DNA of 64,000 nucleotides from an uncultured Candidatus Saccharibacteria bacterium (GTDB taxonomy: Bacteria > Patescibacteriota > Minisyncoccia > Phycocordibacterales > JAKAEA01): the NCBI GenBank assembly GCA_964577595.1, contig CAZNZK010000002.1:150163-214162 (forward strand), written 5' to 3'. The notes under the pieces are model-generated. The model ran no database searches, was not told the origin of the DNA, and was given only the letters and a program-made list of their open reading frames with translations. Positions 48,908-57,071 of this stretch are shown piece by piece. The first letter of the stretch is position 1, and every line of letters begins with the position of its first letter. The translations under genes were made by a program, and so were the position numbers.

Positions 48908-49046
48908 CCCGTGGCGTGGTGTTCTTTGTTCTCTTTGTCACCCTCTCGTTCTCCAAGGGCGGGCTCACAGCACTTCTGTGGGTTCGCTCTTTTTTCATGG
49001 TTGATTTCTCTTGCAAAAATTTGTGATATACTATCCACCTACGAAA

Positions 49047-49442
49047 ATGGCCATGCATTTTGGCGAACACATAACTATTGATGGTTACGGCGGCAGTGAA
49101 AAATTACTGGATGACAGGGCTGTAGTCCTTTCGTGCCTCGCGGAATTGCCGCCGCAGCTTAATGTAAAACCTTTGGGCAAGCCGGAAATTTATCGGGCCG
49201 AGGCGGGTAAAGGAAAAGACCCGGGCGGCTGGACGGGCATTGTGGTTATTGCCGAAAGTCATATTAGCGTGCACACGTTTCCAAAACGCGGTTTTGTTAG
49301 TGCTGATGTCTACACCTGCCATAACGGCATGAATTCCGGCTTTATTGTTGACTATTTCAAGAAAAAATTTGCCTTGGCCGACGTAGAGACTAACTTTCTC
49401 AAGCGCGGCACGAAGTATCCCACAGCCAACATTTACCCTTAA
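49047..49442 (+). CDS. speH: Pyruvoyl-dependent S-adenosylmethionine decarboxylase proenzyme (class 1A)
   Basis: VVIAESHISVHTFP self-cleavage motif. Preceded by an extended -10 TGnTATACT at about 49034-49042. Confidence 0.78.
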   Translation: MAMHFGEHITIDGYGGSEKLLDDRAVVLSCLAELPPQLNVKPLGKPEIYRAEAGKGKDPGGWTGIVVIAESHISVHTFPKRGFVSADVYTCHNGMNSGFIVDYFKKKFALADVETNFLKRGTKYPTANIYP

Positions 49443-49469
49443 ATAAGGGTCGGTGTATACTATATATGC

Positions 49470-51341
49470 ATGTTCCGACCCTCGAGCGGAAAGGCTCGTG
49501 TATTTAGTGGTCTTATTTTTCTTATTTCCGGAACGGGCCTGGTGTCGCTGTGTCCGTTTGTGACCAGGGCGGCAACTGTTTCTTTTACAAAAAATTTTAC
49601 ACTAGGTAGTACTGGTTTGGGTATTGTAACGCTTCAGCAATTTCTTATTTCACAAGGGTTCTCCACAAAACCAACTGGTTATTTCGGCCCGCTCACCAAA
49701 TCCGCCTTAATTGCGTATCAAAAAGCGCACACTATAACGCCGGCCGCTGGCTATTTCGGCCCGCTTACTCGCGCGGCCATAAATGCCGAGCTTGCCTCAG
49801 TGCTGCTCATGACTTCCACTCCGGCCTCTGTCGCGTCGGCCACTACATCGGAAAACGTCACAGCTAATTCAACTACTCAATCGGGCACGATCAATCTTTC
49901 TTCAGATCCAATATCTGGCCAGTATATTTTTACCTCCATTGACGCGCCGGTGTACGGTTTGCGTTTTCAGGTGAGTGGCGCTCCGGTCACGCTTAATAGG
50001 TTTGACTTGCAGGTACAAGATTATCAAGGCGACACTATTGGCACGAACGCAGAAAATCCGGCGACGTTTATTAATGTCATAAAAATTTGGAATGGTTCTA
50101 ATTTGGTAGGTTCTTGGAGTATTAGTCCAACGAGCGGGACAAACGGGGGAGTAGGCACTCAATTCATTCAGAGCACAAGTGACGCTTCTGTTTATTACGT
50201 GCGGCTTTCCGGCCTTAATTACACTTTGCTGGCTGGCACAACAACTGCGCTCACGGTCACTTTTGGCACCACAGGCGCGAGCGACATTGACCGCACCCTT
50301 ATTATCCAAGGCTATGCCGGCGAGCTTGGCACTAACGTGGCCGTAATCAGCGGCGGTACGCAAAATTATTACGGCGCCGACGGCGCGAATTTTAAAGTGA
50401 CAAAAACATTTAAGGGCCGGGTTAATCCGATTGTTTCCATGACGGGCGACCCTTTACTCACTTCCGGCTACGGCAATTACGTGGTGGATTCGGCCAATGG
50501 ACTCACGGCCGCGGACTTGAGTGTGGTAGACGTTTCCGCCGATGATGGCGATATCTACATCACCGACGTAACCGCCAACGTTACCGCAAGCGGCACGCCG
50601 CCGACCAATATCACGCTCTACGACACCGATCTTTCAACCTCTACACCTGTAGCGGCCATGTCGCCCTCAGGCCTCTCTGGTGGGCCATTTGGCGCGCCAA
50701 CCACCGGCACAGTTTCATTCCACAATCTCCACCTGCCCGTTTCGGCCGGCACGAAAATTCATCTTGATTTTCAGGCCGACATGCCCGGTGGCATTGTTGA
50801 GGGCTCCAACGTTTCAGTCGGGGACACAAATACCACAATTACGTATCAAACAAGTTTCGGTAGTTCGGTGACGCTCGCCAATGCCTCACCCGGGCTTTAC
50901 CCGTCCTATTTTTACACCGCCGCGCCGGTTATTGCTTTTGTTTCGGGTACGGCCTCAAGCACTACGGCAAAATACAGCGGCTCAACCTCACTGGCCACGG
51001 CCACGTTTGTGGTCACCTTCACGCCGCAAACCAGCGATATGAATCTTCTTTCCGCGGCCGACATCACTGTTGATGCTTCGCCCGACAGCGTTAACTTTAC
51101 CAATATTCCCAACGTCTCCGTGGATGTGTCGCCCACGCCCACCAGTGGCGTGTATGCTCGCGGCCAAACCTACACCGCTACCATTACCGCCGTTACCACG
51201 AGTGATTTGTCTGTCACCGGTTCCTACCTTTTCTATCTTGACGGTCTCAATTGGAGTATGCGTAACGGTGTAGCCATGAACCCCACCTATTTCTTTGGTA
51301 ACTTGGTGTATGATACCAACGCGACCATGTGGGTGAAGTAG
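49470..51341 (+). CDS. Large secreted surface protein with an N-terminal peptidoglycan-binding domain (PG_binding_1-like tandem) and a long Thr/Ser-rich beta-rich region
   Basis: Signal/TM, TLQQFLISQGF...GYFGPLTKSALIAYQKAH...GYFGPLTRAAI, then about 500 aa rich in T/S/G. Confidence 0.6.
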   Translation: MFRPSSGKARVFSGLIFLISGTGLVSLCPFVTRAATVSFTKNFTLGSTGLGIVTLQQFLISQGFSTKPTGYFGPLTKSALIAYQKAHTITPAAGYFGPLTRAAINAELASVLLMTSTPASVASATTSENVTANSTTQSGTINLSSDPISGQYIFTSIDAPVYGLRFQVSGAPVTLNRFDLQVQDYQGDTIGTNAENPATFINVIKIWNGSNLVGSWSISPTSGTNGGVGTQFIQSTSDASVYYVRLSGLNYTLLAGTTTALTVTFGTTGASDIDRTLIIQGYAGELGTNVAVISGGTQNYYGADGANFKVTKTFKGRVNPIVSMTGDPLLTSGYGNYVVDSANGLTAADLSVVDVSADDGDIYITDVTANVTASGTPPTNITLYDTDLSTSTPVAAMSPSGLSGGPFGAPTTGTVSFHNLHLPVSAGTKIHLDFQADMPGGIVEGSNVSVGDTNTTITYQTSFGSSVTLANASPGLYPSYFYTAAPVIAFVSGTASSTTAKYSGSTSLATATFVVTFTPQTSDMNLLSAADITVDASPDSVNFTNIPNVSVDVSPTPTSGVYARGQTYTATITAVTTSDLSVTGSYLFYLDGLNWSMRNGVAMNPTYFFGNLVYDTNATMWVK

Positions 51342-51399
51342 TTGACATAATTTTATAGGCATGTTATTATTAAAATAGAATCTAACAAAGGAGATCTTT

Positions 51400-52020
51400 A
51401 TGATTCCAGATATCGTCAAACAAACCGCGGGCTATGTGGCGGATGTTACTCTGTTGATTTCAGCCGTCATTTACATGCGCCGCATTCTGGCCGGCCGCAT
51501 TGAGTCGTCATTGGTGACGCGCGGCATTTGGGCACTCGTTTTTGGCATGCTCACCATCTTTTACTGGCAAAGCACCGAGGGTACTTATGCCATTGGTGTG
51601 AGCATTATATACACCATAGTCTCTGTGGCAATTTTTATCCTCTTGCTTGCCAAAAAGAAGGGCGCTCATTGGGATTGGCTAGACAAGCTGGCCGTTGTCG
51701 CTATTCCGGTTATTCTGGCACTCTGGTATTTCAGTGGTTCATCGCCGTTGGCCCTCTGGCTCACGCTCGCCCTGGATGTTATTGGCACTGGTATTCTTGT
51801 CCGAATTCAATACAAGGCCATTCAAAGCGGCGATCTCATAGAGCTCCCGCTGACCTTCTGGATTGATGTGGTTGCTAATGCCATCAATCTTATTGCCATT
51901 AAGGAGTGGAATGTCGTCAACGCCGTGTACCCGCTCTACTCTTTAGTCGTTGTCCTTATCATTGCCACGCTTGCCAGCGTGTGGGTGGTGCGGTGGGGAA
52001 AACGGCCACAGGTAGCATAA
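51400..52020 (+). CDS. Hypothetical polytopic membrane protein
   Basis: Six predicted TM helices. No family recognised. Confidence 0.5.
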   Translation: MIPDIVKQTAGYVADVTLLISAVIYMRRILAGRIESSLVTRGIWALVFGMLTIFYWQSTEGTYAIGVSIIYTIVSVAIFILLLAKKKGAHWDWLDKLAVVAIPVILALWYFSGSSPLALWLTLALDVIGTGILVRIQYKAIQSGDLIELPLTFWIDVVANAINLIAIKEWNVVNAVYPLYSLVVVLIIATLASVWVVRWGKRPQVA

Positions 52021-52081
52021 GCACGTAAATTCTTCCTGTTCCTTCTAAACCCGGGGCAAGCGTAAGCTTCCTCGGGTTTTT

Positions 52082-52849
52082 TCATTCCATCAATACTTTG
52101 AGTCCAGCTCGGAAAACTTCGTCCTCAACCTCCCCTCGTGGTTTTTTCTGGGCAGTGTGCGTTTCGTCGCCCACCGTTTGGCCTCTGATTAAATTATCAG
52201 CTACATATAGAAGTGCTGCGCAGGGAACTTTATAATGGTTAGATACAGAAAATACTGTGGATGTTTCCATTTCCACACCATAATAGCCGGCTTTAGACCA
52301 AGACTGCACGTCTTCCAATGTTTCGCCCATCATTGCTTGACAATTCATAATCGGCCCTTCCCATATTTTATTGGGCAAATCAATTTTTTTCTTGAGTGAC
52401 TGTGAGAGCGCTTCGTTGGAATGGTGTTTAAAGTCAGTTACCTCCCGACTATAGAGTCTGGTAATGCTATCGTCGCTAAAACTCCAGGTTGGTATGAGAA
52501 ATTCCAGCGAGTTCATGTCTGAAAATAATCCCCCGCAACTCCCGATATGAATATTTTTCTTTGAACCAAATAGACAAGCAAAATGAACATATTCTGAAAG
52601 CATAGTTCCGCCATATTGCACTGTAAACCAATACTTTTTTTCTCCCACGCTTACCTCGCATATTCGGTTTAGGAAGTCATCTAGCTTCTTGCTACTCTGG
52701 CGTATACCCAGTTCGTCTAGTGTGGTAAGTAATTTATCAAGATGTTTCTGCTCGTCCCAGTGGCCAAAGGAAAGAAGTCCCTCAACTTTGTAGTCTGTGG
52801 GTAGGCCAGCCTCCATTTTCAATTGTTCCGCTGTGAAGGATTTATACAT
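52082..52849 (-). CDS. Purine/uridine phosphorylase family 1 (PNP_UDP_1) nucleosidase-like protein
   Basis: IGSCGGL and GVEMETS motifs, as in MTA nucleosidase and PNP. Confidence 0.6.
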   Translation of the reverse strand: MYKSFTAEQLKMEAGLPTDYKVEGLLSFGHWDEQKHLDKLLTTLDELGIRQSSKKLDDFLNRICEVSVGEKKYWFTVQYGGTMLSEYVHFACLFGSKKNIHIGSCGGLFSDMNSLEFLIPTWSFSDDSITRLYSREVTDFKHHSNEALSQSLKKKIDLPNKIWEGPIMNCQAMMGETLEDVQSWSKAGYYGVEMETSTVFSVSNHYKVPCAALLYVADNLIRGQTVGDETHTAQKKPRGEVEDEVFRAGLKVLME

Positions 52850-53153
52850 GAAGTGATATTAGCACGGATTGGGGTGTGACAATTTCCTCTGGGTGAATTC
52901 ATGTGTAATGGTTGCAAAACTATACGGCACTGCATATCCAAAATTACATAAAGGTACTACAGAGGGTTATAGTCTAAAATAAGCAATGGGTATGTACTAA
53001 ATTAAGGGTAGTTTATACATAGCGAACTCTTAAGACCGTATACATAATTAACACACTAAACACATTATCAGTAATTAGGCTAACAAATTTATATTGGGTA
53101 ATTTAAAGTAGTCAGTACGTAATCATTTTGCATGTGTTACTATATATCTTTTA

Positions 53154-54089
53154 TTGCAGGATGTATCCTCCATGCTCCCCACATTCCCTGAATTCAAAAA
53201 GCTGGAATTTTCTGATAAGGCCGCGATTCAGGCGTTTACCGATAAATATCCACTACATGTGGACTTTAATTTTATGGGTCTGTGGGCTTTTGATGTGAGC
53301 GATAAGCGACAGGTCTCCGTTCTCAGTGGTAATCTTGTCATAAAAACCACTGATTATATTACCGGCTTGCCGTTTTTCAGCTATCTCGGTGATCGCGATG
53401 TCTCTCGCACAGTTGATACATTACTCGCGACAGCAGAAAAAGAGGGGATTGAGCCAAGGTTGCGGCTCATAGCTGAAGATTCGCTCGTGGATATAGATAG
53501 AAGCAAATTTAATGTCGTCGAAGACCGTGATAATTTTGACTACATTTGGGATAATAAAAAGTTCCTAACGTATGAAGAAAAAGAGTTGCGAAGCCACTAT
53601 AAATTGAAGAAAAGATTTGTGGAGGATCATGGACAATACATATCAGCAAGATTTTTAGACTTGGGTGATCCGTTGGATATACAAAAAATTAAAGATTTAA
53701 ATGAGATTTGGCTCAAAAATAAAATCGCGATGAATAAAGGATCCTTAATTGACCAAACCGAGGAAATCGCCCTGGACAGAGCTTTGGGTGTCGGCAAGAA
53801 TTATTCTGCTATTTTAGCTATAGGTCTTTTTCACAAAGAAAATCTTATTGGATACACTATATATGATTCAGTTAAGGGAGACTACGTTGTGGGTTTATTT
53901 GGAAAGGCCGACACTGGCCATAGGGGTGTATATTCCTATTTATTTGGTGAATCAGCGAGGCTGTTGCTGGAAATCGGTAAAAAATACGTGAATATGGAGC
54001 AGGATCTCGGATTAGAGCATTTGCGCCAATATAAAAAATCATTCGCACCAGTTGGCTACACGAAAAAATATATTGTAACTCGAAAATAG
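53154..54089 (+). CDS. DUF2156 / MprF C-terminal-like protein (tRNA-dependent aminoacyl transferase fold), standalone
   Basis: Length about 310 aa, with the C-terminal tail GLEHLRQYKKSFAPVGYTKKYIV that is typical of the family. Lower GC than its surroundings. Confidence 0.5.
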   Translation: MQDVSSMLPTFPEFKKLEFSDKAAIQAFTDKYPLHVDFNFMGLWAFDVSDKRQVSVLSGNLVIKTTDYITGLPFFSYLGDRDVSRTVDTLLATAEKEGIEPRLRLIAEDSLVDIDRSKFNVVEDRDNFDYIWDNKKFLTYEEKELRSHYKLKKRFVEDHGQYISARFLDLGDPLDIQKIKDLNEIWLKNKIAMNKGSLIDQTEEIALDRALGVGKNYSAILAIGLFHKENLIGYTIYDSVKGDYVVGLFGKADTGHRGVYSYLFGESARLLLEIGKKYVNMEQDLGLEHLRQYKKSFAPVGYTKKYIVTRK

Positions 54090-54164
54090 TAGGTGTTTAG
54101 GCGGATGTCGCCATATCAACAGTCGACGTGGCAAGCGGTGGTTTAATATGGTACATTTTTAATC

Positions 54165-54998
54165 ATGCGGGGACATACAAGAGATCTCAGTCAATACCTT
54201 TACGTTTGTCTAGTTGTGGTTTTTCTAGTTCTTGCTGGTTGGTTTTTCTATATCCACATAACAATTTCTGACACCGCAAATCCTATATATCAGTTGTGGT
54301 CGTCATTATATCAAGTCGTGGCTTTGTATGGCGCTATAGTCGGCCTGTTTGCCGCGAAAAAATGGGGATTACATAGGAGTTTGTTAGGCAAGGCCCTCCT
54401 TTTTTTCTCCATTAGTCTTTTCTTGCAAGTGTTTGGTCAAAGCGTATATAGTTACTATAATTATTTTGCTCAAATCGCCGTGCCGTATCCATCTTTGGGT
54501 GACTTTGGCTTTTTAGGAAGCACGGTATGTTACATAATTGCAGGTATATTTTTGGCGAGAACAAGTGGAATAAAGTTTTCTCTTAAAAAATCAATAATCA
54601 ATAAAATATGGGTGCTCTTATTGCCTCTTGGCATGCTCCTTGTTTCGTACTATTTCTTTTTGCAAGGGTATCAGTTTGATTGGGGTGCTCCGCTCAAGAT
54701 AATTATTGATTTGGGTGATCCGCTCGGTGACGCGGTGTATGTATCCATTGCTCTGCTCGCGCTGATTCTTTGTTGGAATATGCTTGGCGGAATCATGAAA
54801 AAACCAATGCGGCTTTTAATATTCGCTTTGGTTTTTCAATACATCGCTGATTTTACTTTTCTGTACCAAGCTAGTAATGGAACAGTTTACGCTGGAGGGT
54901 TCTATGATTTTGTGTATCTTACCTCATATTTTTTAATGGCCGCAGTTCTCATATACTTCGGCCAGACTTTTAATAAAATAGTAAGGGAGAAGAATTAA
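54165..54998 (+). CDS. Hypothetical polytopic membrane protein (about 8 TM), partner of the DUF2156 gene
   Basis: Hydrophobicity pattern, very low GC, 75-nt gap after the DUF2156 gene. Confidence 0.5.
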   Translation: MRGHTRDLSQYLYVCLVVVFLVLAGWFFYIHITISDTANPIYQLWSSLYQVVALYGAIVGLFAAKKWGLHRSLLGKALLFFSISLFLQVFGQSVYSYYNYFAQIAVPYPSLGDFGFLGSTVCYIIAGIFLARTSGIKFSLKKSIINKIWVLLLPLGMLLVSYYFFLQGYQFDWGAPLKIIIDLGDPLGDAVYVSIALLALILCWNMLGGIMKKPMRLLIFALVFQYIADFTFLYQASNGTVYAGGFYDFVYLTSYFLMAAVLIYFGQTFNKIVREKN

Positions 54999-55007
54999 AA
55001 TCCTACC

Positions 55008-55994
55008 ATGTTACGATCACAACGAGCACCAGTGGTTATGCCTTCGGAGTTGATAAACGTTGAGCATCCTTTTTATACGTCGCCCTCGGTGCATCGGGAG
55101 ATGCTTGATGACACTGTTCGAACTTTGGCATTCAAAGCCGCGTTGCAGGAACTGATAGCGAAAAAAGAGAAACCGTGGGTTCTTGATATTGGTACCGGTA
55201 GTGGCGTTTTGGCGATGTTTGCCGCTCAGGCTGGAGCGGAAAAGGTCTTTGCCACGGAGGCTGAAGGGCCGATGTTTGAGGCGGCAAAGATGAATATTCA
55301 AAGGAGCGGCCTTGAGGGGAAAGTGGAGCTCTTGAAATATGTTGACGGTCGCAAACTAAAACTTCCTCGCCAAGTTGATATTATTGTTAGTGAGTGTCTC
55401 GGCCATTTTGGTTTTGATGAAAATATGATAACCGCGGTTTCTGGTTGTAAGGAGTACCTTCGGCCGAATGGCACCTTTCTACCACGCTCCGTGGCCCTTT
55501 TTGCCGCTCTGGCTTCTGTTCCCGATACCCATAATGACCTTGTTAGCACATGGGATAAAAAACGCTACGGTCTTGATTTTTCGGCCATGAAAGGTTCTGC
55601 TTTGCGTAAAATTTACGTTCAAACGTTTACCAAAGATTCAATCGTCTCCAATTCCGCCAGGCTCGTAGATTATAAGCTCGGGGAACAGTGTGACGCACTT
55701 AATGGAACGAATATTGTCACTGCGTCAAAAGATGCTACGGTTCACGGTCTCGCTGGTTGGTTTGAATCTAAGTTAACGGAAAATATTGTCTTAAGCACTT
55801 CGCCGTATGAAAAGAAAACTCATTGGGAACAGGTGTTTCTTCCCATGGAGAATCCTATAAAGGTGGCAAAAGGGGATAAGATTAGCGTAAAATTAAACGT
55901 CAAAAACCATTCCGATTCTAATGAAGTGACGTTTGCGTGGGAGATCCTGACCAAAAAGGATAATAAGAGCTATAGTGGCTCGGTCACCGTATAA
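55008..55994 (+). CDS. Protein arginine N-methyltransferase (PRMT, class I SAM MTase) homolog
   Basis: Motif I VLDIGTGSGVLAMFAA, post-I VFATE, double-E loop VSECLGHFGFDENMI, and the THW loop THWEQVFLPMENP. Confidence 0.7.
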   Translation: MLRSQRAPVVMPSELINVEHPFYTSPSVHREMLDDTVRTLAFKAALQELIAKKEKPWVLDIGTGSGVLAMFAAQAGAEKVFATEAEGPMFEAAKMNIQRSGLEGKVELLKYVDGRKLKLPRQVDIIVSECLGHFGFDENMITAVSGCKEYLRPNGTFLPRSVALFAALASVPDTHNDLVSTWDKKRYGLDFSAMKGSALRKIYVQTFTKDSIVSNSARLVDYKLGEQCDALNGTNIVTASKDATVHGLAGWFESKLTENIVLSTSPYEKKTHWEQVFLPMENPIKVAKGDKISVKLNVKNHSDSNEVTFAWEILTKKDNKSYSGSVTV

Positions 55995-56002
55995 TAATAA
56001 GT

Positions 56003-56287
56003 ATGCCCATCCTTGACCAAATCGCCGTTAGGATCGTCAAAGAGCAGGAGCTCATTGTGGGCCCTTTGGCTTGGCATCAGGCGAGCAAGGTTCAGGGTTT
56101 GCGAGTGGATGAAAAAACCGGCGCGGTTTCCATTATCGATGTGAGTCATGGTTCGCTTGTTTTGGACCAGTTGGTGGGGCAATATGAGCATCTTTTCGGC
56201 CGGGCTTCGCGTGAAGTGTGCAGGGAAGCTGCCGCTCCTTTAGTGGCCGACTTGCCCGCTGGGGAAGTGCCGGCAAGCTTACGCTAA
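56003..56287 (+). CDS. Hypothetical protein (94 aa)
   Basis: ORF with host-like GC. Followed by the hairpin terminator ggaggtgt-aaat-acaccctcc plus ttttt at 56349-56376. Confidence 0.4.
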   Translation: MPILDQIAVRIVKEQELIVGPLAWHQASKVQGLRVDEKTGAVSIIDVSHGSLVLDQLVGQYEHLFGRASREVCREAAAPLVADLPAGEVPASLR

Positions 56288-56392
56288 AGGTGTTTACTGG
56301 CGTCGTCAAAGTTGGGGAGTTCCAATTTTCATCTGTTGTTGATACTGTGGAGGTGTAAATACACCCTCCTCTTTTTATAGAAATAATTTTCT

Positions 56393-57025
56393 ATGATATT
56401 CAAAATAACCTCAACCGAAGACGATTTTTTAAAAAATATCTACGAACATTCAATGAAAGATTTGAATGTATTTTATGAAATAAACTGGGAACATCATACT
56501 CCAAGAATAATTGTCGTTGATAGTCGCGAAATTATTGACGAGCTGAAAGGTGAGAAAACTGAAAATTGGGTTGTTGGCTGGTCGGAGCAAAAAAATATAT
56601 ATGTGTTGAATAAAGACAGCTATGAAAAAGAAAGTAATCATACATATAGTCAGGAGGAATATGTCGCTCTTATAAAACACGAATTAAGCCATTCTTTTTA
56701 CAGCATACTTTCCTCCGGCCATTACAAACCGATTTGGCTTAACGAGGGTGTTGCTATTTACACGTCCGGTCAAAATAAATTTAAAAAGAAGCCATCTAGT
56801 TTTTGTAAATTCTTGGAATATTACGAGAATGGTGGAAGCGATGTCTATGGCGAAGCTGGGTTCTTTGTAGGGGGGCTTGTTGAAAAATTCGGTAAGCAAA
56901 AATTACTCGCTTTGATACGTGAGTTAAAAAACGTAAAAACAAAGGAAGAGCTTGAACGTCTATTTGATAAAGAGTACGGCTTTAATCTTAGCTATGATGA
57001 GATTAATGCGCAAAAATTTGTATAA
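56393..57025 (+). CDS. Minimal gluzincin (peptidase MA-like) domain protein
   Basis: HELSH zinc motif followed about 20 aa later by WLNEGVAIY, the third-ligand Glu motif as in M1 peptidases. AT-rich. Confidence 0.5.
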   Translation: MIFKITSTEDDFLKNIYEHSMKDLNVFYEINWEHHTPRIIVVDSREIIDELKGEKTENWVVGWSEQKNIYVLNKDSYEKESNHTYSQEEYVALIKHELSHSFYSILSSGHYKPIWLNEGVAIYTSGQNKFKKKPSSFCKFLEYYENGGSDVYGEAGFFVGGLVEKFGKQKLLALIRELKNVKTKEELERLFDKEYGFNLSYDEINAQKFV

Positions 57026-57071
57026 ATTCAACTGAAAAAAGATACTCCCCAAACACTCAGTAAGCAGACAT

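Noticed and set aside
48026-49070. Several long minus-strand ORFs (223 aa, 142 aa) overlapping the PEP-CTERM gene and the speH promoter region
   Set aside because: The local GC-rich composition generates long open frames. The plus-strand gene has a signal peptide, repeats and a C-terminal sorting signal. The antisense ORFs are Arg-rich with no motifs.
52850-53153. AT-rich 300-nt spacer as a possible CRISPR leader, repeat array or origin
   Set aside because: No direct repeats or DnaA-box-like iterations are visible. It is probably a divergent promoter region at the edge of the low-GC island.
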